Below are positions 50,369-58,778 of a DNA stretch of 61,777 bases, one piece after another. The stretch comes from Candidatus Omnitrophota bacterium (GTDB lineage: Bacteria > Omnitrophota > Gorgyraeia > Gygaellales > Profunditerraquicolaceae). The position numbers were made by a program, and so were the translations under genes. The stretch covers positions 1 through 61,777 of the forward strand of contig JAZDPH010000035.1 in NCBI GenBank assembly GCA_043797735.1, written 5' to 3'. How positions within the stretch are numbered: the first letter of the stretch is position 1; each line of letters opens with the position of its first letter. Under the pieces are notes generated by a model. The model searched no databases, was not told the origin of the DNA, and worked only from the letters and a program-made list of their open reading frames with translations.

Positions 50369-51631
50369 ATGGATAAATTAATTATCGAGGGCGGCAATAG
50401 ATTGAGCGGTGAGGTTACTGTCTCCGGGGCAAAGAATTCCGTTTTGCCGATACTGGCGGCTACGCTGCTTACGGAGGATTCCTGCGTCATCAAGAGCGTG
50501 CCTGCTTTGCGCGACACTAACACTATGCTTAAGATTATCCGCTCCTTAGGCAAGAGCGCTGATTTTGAAAAGGGCAAAGTCAATGTAACTTCCACCGGCA
50601 AAAAGGTTTTTTTCGCCGATTATAAACTTGTCTCTACGATGCGCGCTTCTTTCTGCGTTTTAGGGCCGCTATTGGGGTTATATAAGAGGGCAAAGGTCTC
50701 TCTGCCCGGCGGCTGTGTTATCGGCGCCCGTCCGGTTGACCTGCATATTAAGGGCCTGAAGGCCCTTAATGCCGAGATTACTACGGAAGCCGGTTACGTA
50801 GTGGCAAAGGCGGATAAACTGCGGGGGGCTCATATGTACTTAGGCGGGATTTATGGCTCGTCGGTTTTAGCCACCGATAACGTAATGATGGCTGCGGTAT
50901 TGGCAGAGGGCAGGAGCGTAATTGAGGGCGCTGCCTGTGAGCCGGAAGTGGCGGATTTGGCGGAATTCTTGATTAAGATGGGGGCTAAGATTAAGGGGCA
51001 GGGTACGCCGGTAATAGAGATAGAGGGGGTCAGGCGCCTGCATGGGGCGGTTCACACAATAATCCCGGACAGGATTGAGGCCGGGACCCTGATGATTGCC
51101 GCTCTTATTACCGGCGGGGATATTACCTTAAAGAACACATTGCCGCAGCATTTGGGGGCATTAATTGACAAACTGCAGGAGGCAGGGGCAAATATTACCA
51201 AATCCAATAACTCTATCCGCGTGCGTATTAAAGAGCGGCTAAAAGCGATTAATGTTGCCACCCTTCCTTATCCGGGCTTCCCGACGGATATGCAGGCGCA
51301 GGTAATGGCGCTGATGAGCATAACCCCCGGCATCAGCGTGGTCACTGAAAAAATTTATCCGGACAGGTTTATGCACGTTGCCGAACTAAACCGTATGGGC
51401 GCGCATATCCAAAAAGAGGGGCCTCATGCGATTGTGCAGGGGGTAGAGCAGTTATCAGGCGCGCCGGTAATGGCCTCGGACCTGCGCGCCTCAGCCTGCC
51501 TTTTATTAGCGGGGCTGGCGGCAGGAGGCAAGACCTCGGTATCCAGAATATACCACCTGGAGCGCGGATACGAAAATACAGAAGAAAAGCTAAGAAAACT
51601 AGGGGCAAGGATCTGGAGGGAGAAGGAATGA
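50369..51631 (+). CDS. murA: UDP-N-acetylglucosamine 1-carboxyvinyltransferase
   Basis: GAKNSVLPILAA, the active-site PGGCVIGARPVDLH loop, and PYPGFPTDMQAQ. Confidence 0.95.
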   Translation: MDKLIIEGGNRLSGEVTVSGAKNSVLPILAATLLTEDSCVIKSVPALRDTNTMLKIIRSLGKSADFEKGKVNVTSTGKKVFFADYKLVSTMRASFCVLGPLLGLYKRAKVSLPGGCVIGARPVDLHIKGLKALNAEITTEAGYVVAKADKLRGAHMYLGGIYGSSVLATDNVMMAAVLAEGRSVIEGAACEPEVADLAEFLIKMGAKIKGQGTPVIEIEGVRRLHGAVHTIIPDRIEAGTLMIAALITGGDITLKNTLPQHLGALIDKLQEAGANITKSNNSIRVRIKERLKAINVATLPYPGFPTDMQAQVMALMSITPGISVVTEKIYPDRFMHVAELNRMGAHIQKEGPHAIVQGVEQLSGAPVMASDLRASACLLLAGLAAGGKTSVSRIYHLERGYENTEEKLRKLGARIWREKE

Positions 51632-52191
51632 TTTTAATGCTCGATAACTACGACTCTTTTACTTATAACCTTGTCCAATACCTGGGGGCCTTGGGGCAGA
51701 AAATAGAGGTTTTCAGAAACGATAAGATTAGCTTGGCCGGGATTAAAAAGTTAAAACCCAGGCGGATTGTTATCTCCCCCGGCCCTGGCCGGCCGGAAAA
51801 CGCCGGCATCTCCTGTCGGTTGATAAAAGAATTCGCCGGCAAGATTCCCATTCTGGGCGTCTGCCTCGGGCATCAGGCCATCGCCTACGCCTATGGCGGA
51901 AGTATCGTTGCGGCAAAAAAATTAATGCACGGCAAGACCTCGGCAATCTACCATAATAAAAAAGAAATTTTTCGCGGCATCTCCAACCCCTTTGAAGCCA
52001 CCCGTTACCACTCGCTGGTCGTTGAAAGAAAAACCCTGCCGGCCTGCTTTGAGATTACCGCCTGGACTAAAGAGGCAGAGATTATGGGCCTGAAACATAA
52101 AGAATACCCGCTCTGGGGGGTGCAGTTTCACCCGGAATCAATTTTAACCAAGGCGGGGATGCGTATTTTATCCAACTTTATAAAATTATGA
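51628..52191 (+). CDS. trpG: anthranilate synthase component II / aminodeoxychorismate synthase glutamine amidotransferase
   Basis: DNYDSFTYNL, GVCLGHQ, FHPES. Overlaps the murA stop by 4 nt. Confidence 0.9.
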   Translation: MILMLDNYDSFTYNLVQYLGALGQKIEVFRNDKISLAGIKKLKPRRIVISPGPGRPENAGISCRLIKEFAGKIPILGVCLGHQAIAYAYGGSIVAAKKLMHGKTSAIYHNKKEIFRGISNPFEATRYHSLVVERKTLPACFEITAWTKEAEIMGLKHKEYPLWGVQFHPESILTKAGMRILSNFIKL

Positions 52192-53198
52192 TTCAACAGG
52201 CAGTAGAAAAATTATCGCAAAAAGCCGACTTAGAGCGCAAACAGATGCAGGAGGTTATGGAGGAGATTATGTCCGGGGCAGCCCAGACGGCTGAGATAGT
52301 TTCTTTTTTAACCGCTTTAAGCGCAAAAGGCGAGACGATAGAAGAGGTGACTGCCGCAGTTTCGGTAATGCGCCGTTATGTTACGGCGGTGCGCACAAAG
52401 CACAAGGTGGTTCTGGATACCTGCGGCACAGGCGGGGACAAGAAGGGGACCTTTAATATCTCAACCGCAGCGGCCCTTCTGGTAAGCGCCTGCGGCATCG
52501 CCGTTGCCAAACACGGCAACCGTTCGGTCTCCAGTAAGTCCGGGAGTGCTGATTGCCTGGAGGCGTTAGGGGTAAATATTAACCTGGATAAAGAAGAAAT
52601 AGAGAAGTGTCTTGATGAAGTCGGCATAGCTTTTTTATTCGCCCAGAATTTTCACCCGGCGATGAAATACGCTATGCCCGCCAGAAAAGAGATTGGCAAA
52701 AGGACGGTGTTTAATATCCTCGGCCCCTTGACTAACCCGGCGGCTGCCACGCATCAGCTGGTGGGGGTATATGACAGGCATTGGTTAGAGATATTAGCTC
52801 AGGCGCTGGGAAATCTGGGCACTACCCGCGCATTAATCGTGCACGGAGAGGACGGCCTTGATGAGATAACTACAACCGGCAGGACATTTATCTCTGAGGA
52901 GTATAAGGGCAGGATAAAAAATTATGAGTTGACTCCAGAAGAGTTTTCAATAAAAAGGGCGGCTCCGGAGGAGTTAGCCGGTGGCAGCGCTAAAGATAAC
53001 GCCGAAATTATACTTGAAATATTAGGCGGTAAGGCAGGGGCTAAGCGCGATATTGTAATACTTAATGCCGCAGCAGCCGTCTATGCGGCAGAGAAAGTAA
53101 ATTCAATTAAAGAGGGGATTGCCCTGGCAAAAGAGGCAATAGATAACGGCGCGGCCTTAAAGAAACTAAAACTATTAAAGGACTTTTCAAAGCGATGA
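52188..53198 (+). CDS. trpD: anthranilate phosphoribosyltransferase
   Basis: DTCGTGGD, KHGNRSVSSKSGSAD. Confidence 0.93.
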   Translation: MIQQAVEKLSQKADLERKQMQEVMEEIMSGAAQTAEIVSFLTALSAKGETIEEVTAAVSVMRRYVTAVRTKHKVVLDTCGTGGDKKGTFNISTAAALLVSACGIAVAKHGNRSVSSKSGSADCLEALGVNINLDKEEIEKCLDEVGIAFLFAQNFHPAMKYAMPARKEIGKRTVFNILGPLTNPAAATHQLVGVYDRHWLEILAQALGNLGTTRALIVHGEDGLDEITTTGRTFISEEYKGRIKNYELTPEEFSIKRAAPEELAGGSAKDNAEIILEILGGKAGAKRDIVILNAAAAVYAAEKVNSIKEGIALAKEAIDNGAALKKLKLLKDFSKR

Positions 53199-53983
53199 AG
53201 AAGATGGATACCTTAAAAGAGATTACGGCAAAAAAGAAGGAAAAGATACTTCTGGCAAAGGCCCAGATCAGCGAAGAGGAGCTAAAGGCCAGGGTTCAGA
53301 GCTTAGCGCCTGCCCGGCCCTTTATAGAGGCGATAAAGAAACCGCACACTATCTCCTTAATCGCTGAGCTCAAAAAGGCCTCCCCGTCGCAGGGAGTAAT
53401 CCGCCCGGAGTTTAACGTGCAGGAGATTGCCCGGGCCTATCAGCAGGCAGAAGTGCAGGCGCTTTCGGTGCTCACCGAAGAAGATTTCTTTCAGGGGAAC
53501 CTTTCCTATATAAACGAGGCCAAGGGCATTACACAATTACCTATATTAAGAAAAGATTTTATCCTTGAGCCGTATCAGGTTTATGAGTCGCGCTATTTTG
53601 GCGCGGATGCAATATTATTGATTGCGGATCTGCTCTCCAAGGAAAAGTTATCCGAGTTAATGGGCATAGCCGATTCCTTAGGCATGGATTGCCTGGTTGA
53701 GGTGCATGCGGAAAAAGAGCTAAAGAAAGTTTTAAGCCTCAAAGCCCCCCTAATCGGGATAAATAACCGCGACCTGCATACCTTGGAGGTCGACTTCAAA
53801 AATACAGAGAAACTCTTCCCCTTAATCCCCAAAGATAAAACCGTAGTCGTAGAAAGCGGCATTAAGAGCCGCCAAGACATTCTCTTCCTTAAAATCCTAG
53901 GCGTCAGCGCTGTGCTTATCGGCACTGCCTTTATGCAGGCAGAGGATATAGGGCGGAAGGTTGAAGAGATAATGGGATGGTAG
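53195..53983 (+). CDS. trpC: indole-3-glycerol phosphate synthase
   Basis: IAELKKASPS, LRKDFI, GINNRDL. Confidence 0.93.
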   Translation: MKKMDTLKEITAKKKEKILLAKAQISEEELKARVQSLAPARPFIEAIKKPHTISLIAELKKASPSQGVIRPEFNVQEIARAYQQAEVQALSVLTEEDFFQGNLSYINEAKGITQLPILRKDFILEPYQVYESRYFGADAILLIADLLSKEKLSELMGIADSLGMDCLVEVHAEKELKKVLSLKAPLIGINNRDLHTLEVDFKNTEKLFPLIPKDKTVVVESGIKSRQDILFLKILGVSAVLIGTAFMQAEDIGRKVEEIMGW

Positions 53984-53988
53984 TTGCT

Positions 53989-54022
53989 TTCTTCGTCAAG
54001 AATCCTTCTTCGTCAAGAATCC
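53989..54022 (+). repeat. perfect 17-nt tandem duplication
   Basis: TTCTTCGTCAAGAATCC occurs twice, immediately after the trpC stop. Confidence 0.85.
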
Positions 54023-54053
54023 GTAGCGGAGGTTTCAACCTCCGCTACGGATT
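54018..54053 (+). terminator. perfect 17-bp hairpin after trpC
   Basis: AATCCGTAGCGGAGGTT-TC-AACCTCCGCTACGGATT. No clear U-tract follows. Confidence 0.5.
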
Positions 54054-54096
54054 CAGCTTAGTCATTGCGAGCGAAGCGAAGCAATCTATCTCTAAT

Positions 54097-54284
54097 ATAT
54101 TTCGCTGCGGGGTTTGCTCGCGCACTGGAATTTTTTGCCGTGTGCTGCGGTTTACGGCTCGTTCGTTTGGCGAAATTCCCTCAGCTATCGCTTCGGTCAG
54201 TTTCGCCACTCACTCGCCGTAATTCCTTGCACACATCTGCCAAAAAATTCCTAATGTGCGCTCCCAAACCCCGCAGCGAAATAT
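54097..54284. repeat. long inverted repeat (about 45-nt arms, about 96-nt loop)
   Basis: ATATTTCGCTGCGGGGTTTG (54097-54116) is the exact reverse complement of 54265-54284. Imperfect pairing continues inward (GCGCAC, GGAATTTTTTG). Confidence 0.75.
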
Positions 54285-54421
54285 CGAGAGAATCTGTGCC
54301 CGCTCAAATTTTCGTACATGCTGCTCAAAGCAACCCTCGCCAGCCGCTCGCTCGGAAAATAGGGGACGTTTCTATTTTTCCATTTATCCCAAACGTGGAA
54401 GCGCTTGGGATTTTTTAATGA

Positions 54422-54500
54422 GTTAAGGTAGAAAGATGAGATTGACGCAAATATAGAGGAGTGGTAAAATAGGAAAAATGAGCGGTTTAAGGCGAAAGGA
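54422..54500 (+). repeat. promoter-leader module, copy 1 (about 80 nt)
   Basis: GTTAAGGTAGAAAGATGAGATTGACGCAAATATAGAGGAGTGGTAAAATAGGAAAAATGAGCGGTTTAAGGCGAAAGGA is near-identical to 55647-55728. Confidence 0.85.
54442..54470 (+). promoter_or_regulatory. sigma70-like promoter (copy 1 of duplicated promoter-leader module)
   Basis: TTGACG (54442-54447), 17 nt, TAAAAT (54465-54470), preceded by TGG. RBS AAAGGA lies before ATG 54506. Confidence 0.6.
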
Positions 54501-54505
54501 ACTTC

Positions 54506-55021
54506 ATGATGAGATTTGTTTTTATTGTAATTTTAGGTTTGGGTGTTGTTTTATGCAGTGAGGGTTGCGTTAATGCGCAAGTAACTATTCTTGCTGACTT
54601 AGGGGTGAGCGAAGAGGATTATTGTTATCATACTAAAATGGGTAGGGCTCTGTATAAAGGAATTTCCAATAAGCATTGCGTTTGTGATGGTAGTTTAGTT
54701 GAAGTTTTTCCGGATACCGATGAAGACGGCAATTCACTTATTCGTGCCAAACCTTATCCTGGCAGACTGCATGATTCATCAGATGTATACTGTAAAGGAA
54801 AAATTGTTGGTTATAAATTTTACTATAGGGATGCAGAAGGGACAAGAGAATTTGATACATTACAAGAGTGGGATAATTTCTGCAATACATTAGCCAAAAA
54901 TCAGGAAGATTGTTTTGATAATCTAAGCTATACTAAGGCAACAATAGATTACTATGATAATAAGAATACTAACGCAATAGAAGATTACTATAATAATAAA
55001 AAGAATAAAAAGAATAATTGA
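54506..55021 (+). CDS. small secreted Cys-containing protein with Asn/Lys-rich tail, unknown function
   Basis: 171 aa with a signal peptide (FIVILGLGVVLCSEGCVNA). The gene is markedly AT-rich compared with its neighbours. It has its own promoter and RBS. Confidence 0.55.
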   Translation: MMRFVFIVILGLGVVLCSEGCVNAQVTILADLGVSEEDYCYHTKMGRALYKGISNKHCVCDGSLVEVFPDTDEDGNSLIRAKPYPGRLHDSSDVYCKGKIVGYKFYYRDAEGTREFDTLQEWDNFCNTLAKNQEDCFDNLSYTKATIDYYDNKNTNAIEDYYNNKKNKKNN

Positions 55022-55141
55022 AATAAAAGATAATGGGGTCAGATTTATTTTTCTATCCCGAGCGCTTCCGTTCTTGGGATTTTTTGTTTGTGAGATTTTG
55101 CCATATCCTGCGTCTATTAGGGTAGAAAGGAGGCAGGATAA

Positions 55142-55651
55142 ATGATAAGCTCATTACTTATCGCAAAGATTGAAAGTAAAATATTCCAGATTCGAGGGAA
55201 AAAAGTTATGTTAGATAGAGATATCGCCTTTCTTTATGGCGTAAAACCTATAGCTTTAAGGCAGCAGGTAAAAAGAAATCGCGAGAGATTTCCAGAAGAT
55301 TTCATGTTTCATCTGACGAGCGAAGAGGCAAAAATCTTGGTATCACAAAATGTGATACCATCAATGAAAGTCTTGGGAGGTTATTTACCTTATGCTTTCA
55401 CCCAAGAAGGGGTTGCTATGCTTTCTAGTATTTTGCATAGCAGGCAGGCAGTGTTAGTTAATATTCAGATAATGCGTGTTTTTGTGAATTTAAGAAGAAT
55501 GGCTTTAACCTATGTTGGCCTAAAACGTAAAATAGATGAGATAGAGAAGAAATACGATGAGCAGTTTGCTGTGGTATTCCATGCGATAAAGCAACTGCTC
55601 GATCCGCCGCCGGAAAAGAAGAAGAGGATAATCGGGTTTCAGAGCCATTAG
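55142..55651 (+). CDS. ORF6N (KilA-N-like) DNA-binding domain protein
   Basis: IRGKKVMLDRDIAFLYGVKPIALRQQVKRNRERFPEDFMFHLT matches the ORF6N domain signature as I recall it. RBS AAAGGAGG. Confidence 0.8.
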   Translation: MISSLLIAKIESKIFQIRGKKVMLDRDIAFLYGVKPIALRQQVKRNRERFPEDFMFHLTSEEAKILVSQNVIPSMKVLGGYLPYAFTQEGVAMLSSILHSRQAVLVNIQIMRVFVNLRRMALTYVGLKRKIDEIEKKYDEQFAVVFHAIKQLLDPPPEKKKRIIGFQSH

Positions 55652-55728
55652 GGCAGAAAGATGAAGTTGACGTAAATATAGAGGAGTGGTAAAATAAGGA
55701 AAATGAGCGGGTTAAGGCGAAAGGAGCA
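55647..55728 (+). repeat. promoter-leader module, copy 2
   Basis: ATTAGGGCAGAAAGATGAAGTTGACGTAAATATAGAGGAGTGGTAAAATAAGGAAAATGAGCGGGTTAAGGCGAAAGGAG. Confidence 0.85.
55667..55695 (+). promoter_or_regulatory. sigma70-like promoter (copy 2 of duplicated promoter-leader module)
   Basis: TTGACG (55667-55672), 17 nt, TAAAAT (55690-55695). Nearly identical to 54442-54470. RBS AAAGGAG lies before ATG 55734. Confidence 0.6.
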
Positions 55729-55733
55729 TTGAG

Positions 55734-56072
55734 ATGCAGAAGAGGCTGGTTGGGATATTGGCAGTTTTGTTATTAGCGTTTCCTTTGGTTTGTTTTGGGC
55801 AGGAGGCTGCGCCTAAAGATGAAGGGCAGCCGGTAGAGGCCGTTATTGGCCAAGAGGGGCCTTCGGAATGTGAAAAGGCAGGGGGGCAGTTAACAAAGAC
55901 ACAAGAGTGCGACGGCTTAGAGAGCGATTGGTGCGTCATTTCCGAGAGGCAGCAGTGTTATGCCGACCAGGTCCAGGACGGAAAGTGCACAGTAGGAGAG
56001 TATTCAGAGGAACTTCAAGCAATAATCGGCATCACCCCGCGGGTCATCTGCGATAGTAAAGATAATCAATAA
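55734..56072 (+). CDS. small secreted Cys-rich protein, unknown function
   Basis: 112 aa with a signal peptide (ILAVLLLAFPLVCFG) and 8 Cys including the signal peptide (7 in the predicted mature part). Has its own promoter and RBS and is followed by a terminator. Confidence 0.55.
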   Translation: MQKRLVGILAVLLLAFPLVCFGQEAAPKDEGQPVEAVIGQEGPSECEKAGGQLTKTQECDGLESDWCVISERQQCYADQVQDGKCTVGEYSEELQAIIGITPRVICDSKDNQ

Positions 56073-56093
56073 TTATTCTTCGGAAGTTATCCA

Positions 56094-56129
56094 CCCCGTA
56101 GGGCAGGTTTTTAAACCTGCCCTACGGGG
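56094..56129 (+). terminator. intrinsic terminator-like hairpin closing the islet
   Basis: CCCCGTAGGGCAGGTTT-TT-AAACCTGCCCTACGGGG followed by the T-rich TTATTATTTTA. Confidence 0.65.
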
Positions 56130-56195
56130 TTATTATTTTACCCCCGCCGTTAAGTTTTTCTTGAAATGCCAACTAAAACTGATATCATAGGTGCT

Positions 56196-56825
56196 ATGAC
56201 GAAAGTAAAGATTTGCGGGATAACTAATCTGGAGGATGCGCTCAAGGTAGCTGATTTTGCGCCTGATGCGATGGGCTTTGTTTTTTATAAGAAGAGCCCG
56301 CGCTATATCACGCCGCTTAAGGCCTACGGCATAATCAGGCAGCTGCCGGTAGATATCCTTAAGGTGGGGGTATTTGTGGACGCCAGTGAAAAGGATGTCC
56401 GCCGCACTGCCAAGCTTTGCAACCTGGATATGCTGCAGTTCCACGGCAAGGAGTCGCCGAAGTTCTGCGATAAATTTGCCGAACGCAAGGTAATCAAGGC
56501 CTTCAGGATAAGGAATAACGTAAAAAAAGAGGATATCCTCAAATATAATACCTTTGCCTATCTTTTTGACGCCTTTGTCAAGAGTAAGCCCGGCGGGACC
56601 GGCAAGAGGTTTAACTGGAAACTGATTAAGAAATTAGGAGATTTAAAGCGGCCGATATTTTTGGGCGGAGGGCTTAACGAGAAAAATGTTTCCAAGGCAA
56701 TAGAGTTAATCGGCCCGGAATGGGTGGATGTCTCCAGTTCCGTGGAGATAAGGCCGGGTAAGAAGAATTGCGATAAGGTGAGAAGATTTATTGGGGCAGC
56801 AAGGAGCGCGTATGTTGCCGGATAA
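56196..56825 (+). CDS. trpF: phosphoribosylanthranilate isomerase
   Basis: [26 protein letters not shown]. The ORF opens at 56166; ATG 56196 fits family N-termini better. Confidence 0.9.
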   Translation: MTKVKICGITNLEDALKVADFAPDAMGFVFYKKSPRYITPLKAYGIIRQLPVDILKVGVFVDASEKDVRRTAKLCNLDMLQFHGKESPKFCDKFAERKVIKAFRIRNNVKKEDILKYNTFAYLFDAFVKSKPGGTGKRFNWKLIKKLGDLKRPIFLGGGLNEKNVSKAIELIGPEWVDVSSSVEIRPGKKNCDKVRRFIGAARSAYVAG

Positions 56826-57993
56826 AAGAGGGCACTTTAACGGTTTTGGCGGCAGGTATGTGCCGGAGACGCTGATTTATGCCCTTGATGAACTGGAGAA
56901 AGAGTATAAAAGGGCAAAGGGCAGCCGGGAATTTCGCAAGGAATTTAATTATTACCTGAGCGAATATGCCGGGCGGCCTACGCCTTTATATCTGGCTGCG
57001 AATTTAAGCAGGTATTTAGGTATAAGTAAAATATACTTAAAACGAGAGGACCTCCTGCATACCGGCGCGCATAAGATTAACAACACCCTGGGACAAATTC
57101 TTCTGGCGCTAAAGATGAAAAAGGCGCGGGTTATTGCCGAGACCGGCGCCGGCCAGCACGGGGTTGCCACTGCCACGGTTGCCGCAAGGTTCGGGCTTAA
57201 ATGCGATATCTACATGGGCACAGAGGATATTCGCAGGCAGGAGTTAAACGTTTTCCGGATGAAACTCCTGGGGGCGCGCGTTATCCCGGTTAAGAGCGGC
57301 TCAAAGACCTTAAAAGACGCAATGACCGAGGCCTTAAGGGACTGGGTTACCAATGTGCGCACTACACATTATATTATCGGAAGCGTTGCCGGCCCGCATC
57401 CTTATCCGGTGATGGTCAGGGAGTTTCAGTCGGTAATAGGCCGCGAGGCAAGGCGCCAGATATTAAAGAAAGAGGGCAGCTTGCCGGATTATCTTGTTGC
57501 CTGCGTGGGGGGCGGCAGCAATGCCATGGGATTATTCCATCCTTTTTTTAATGATAAGAGCGTAAAGTTTATCGGCGTTGAGGCCGCGGGCCTGGGCTTA
57601 GCATCCGGAAGGCATGCGGCGACCCTTGTCAAAGGGGGGATCGGGGTTCTGCACGGTTCAAAATCCGGCCTGCTTGAAGATAAATTCGGACAGGTCAAGA
57701 TTGCCCATTCGATTGCCGCCGGCCTTGATTATCCCGGCGTAGGGCCGGAGCATGCCTATTATAAAAAGACCGGCCGGGCCGATTATGCGGCGGTAACCGA
57801 TAAGGAGGCGCTGGAGGGGTTTAGGCTTCTCTCTGAAAAGGAGGGGATCATCCCGGCGCTTGAGCCGGCGCATGCGATTTTTTACCTGACTAAACTAAGG
57901 CGCAAAATAAATAAAAATTCGGTGGTGATAGTCTGCCTTTCAGGCAGGGGGGATAAGGATATAGGAATTGTAACGAAGAAATTAAATTTATGA
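56812..57993 (+). CDS. trpB: tryptophan synthase beta chain
   Basis: [13 protein letters not shown], the [12 protein letters not shown] lysine motif, and [14 protein letters not shown] lies before ATG 56812. Confidence 0.95.
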   Translation: MLPDKRGHFNGFGGRYVPETLIYALDELEKEYKRAKGSREFRKEFNYYLSEYAGRPTPLYLAANLSRYLGISKIYLKREDLLHTGAHKINNTLGQILLALKMKKARVIAETGAGQHGVATATVAARFGLKCDIYMGTEDIRRQELNVFRMKLLGARVIPVKSGSKTLKDAMTEALRDWVTNVRTTHYIIGSVAGPHPYPVMVREFQSVIGREARRQILKKEGSLPDYLVACVGGGSNAMGLFHPFFNDKSVKFIGVEAAGLGLASGRHAATLVKGGIGVLHGSKSGLLEDKFGQVKIAHSIAAGLDYPGVGPEHAYYKKTGRADYAAVTDKEALEGFRLLSEKEGIIPALEPAHAIFYLTKLRRKINKNSVVIVCLSGRGDKDIGIVTKKLNL

Positions 57994-58778
57994 ATAGAAT
58001 TGAGAGGAAATTCAAAGAATTAAAAGCGGCTAAGAAAAAGGCCTTTATCGCGTTTATCACCGCCGGCTATCCCAATCTGAACACCACTAAAAAGCTGCTT
58101 TTGGAATTTTCCCGGATCGGGGTGGATATTGTGGAATTAGGGGTGCCTTTTTCCGACCCGATGGCTGACGGGCCGATAATCCAGCAGGCTTCAGAGGCCG
58201 CCTTAAAGAATAAGGTCAACCTGCAAAAGATACTGGGGTTGGTCCGCCAGGCGCGAAAACAAACCCAGATGCCCATATGTCTTATGTCGTATTACAACCC
58301 GATATACTGCTTTCCTCAGGAGAAGTTTGTAAAACTGGCGGCAGGCGCCGGGGTGGACGGGGTGATTATCCCTGATTTGCCGCCGGAAGAGGCAGGGGAT
58401 TTTTTAAAGGCAGCTAATAAAAGCGGCCTTGATATTATTTTGTTTCTTGCCCCGACCTCTAGTTCCAAGCGCATTAAATTAATCTCCAAAAAAGCCAAAG
58501 GGTTTATTTATTATGTTTCCCTGACCGGCGTTACCGGCCCGCGCCAGCAGCTGCCGGATGATATTGCCGCCCATATTAAGGCGATCAAGCGGGTTACCAA
58601 TAAGCCCGTCTGTGCCGGTTTCGGCGTCTCCAGCCGCCTTCAGGTAAAACAGATTAACAGAGTTGCCGACGGGGTAATCGTCGGCAGCGCCATCATTAAA
58701 AAAATAAGAGAAAACGCAAAACGAGCCGACTTAGCCGCAAGAGTAAGCAGCTTTGTCCTTAAACTAAAAAGCAGATGA
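57990..58778 (+). CDS. trpA: tryptophan synthase alpha chain
   Basis: [35 protein letters not shown]. Confidence 0.95.
   Translation: MNRIERKFKELKAAKKKAFIAFITAGYPNLNTTKKLLLEFSRIGVDIVELGVPFSDPMADGPIIQQASEAALKNKVNLQKILGLVRQARKQTQMPICLMSYYNPIYCFPQEKFVKLAAGAGVDGVIIPDLPPEEAGDFLKAANKSGLDIILFLAPTSSSKRIKLISKKAKGFIYYVSLTGVTGPRQQLPDDIAAHIKAIKRVTNKPVCAGFGVSSRLQVKQINRVADGVIVGSAIIKKIRENAKRADLAARVSSFVLKLKSR

Noticed and set aside
53977-54418. ORFs 53977-54222 and 54065-54418 in the trpC-downstream spacer
   Set aside because: Their translations are derived from tandem words, the GTCATTGCGAG box and the long inverted repeat. There is no RBS and no recognisable fold signature.
54699-54893. 64-aa alternative-frame ORF inside the 171-aa secreted-protein gene
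   Set aside because: It is nested in another frame of an ORF that has a promoter, RBS and signal peptide, and it has no independent support.
56166-56195. Upstream ATG (56166) as the trpF start
   Set aside because: It adds 10 residues (MPTKTDIIGA) not seen at TrpF N-termini and overlaps the candidate -35 element. I prefer ATG 56196, although the longer form cannot be excluded.
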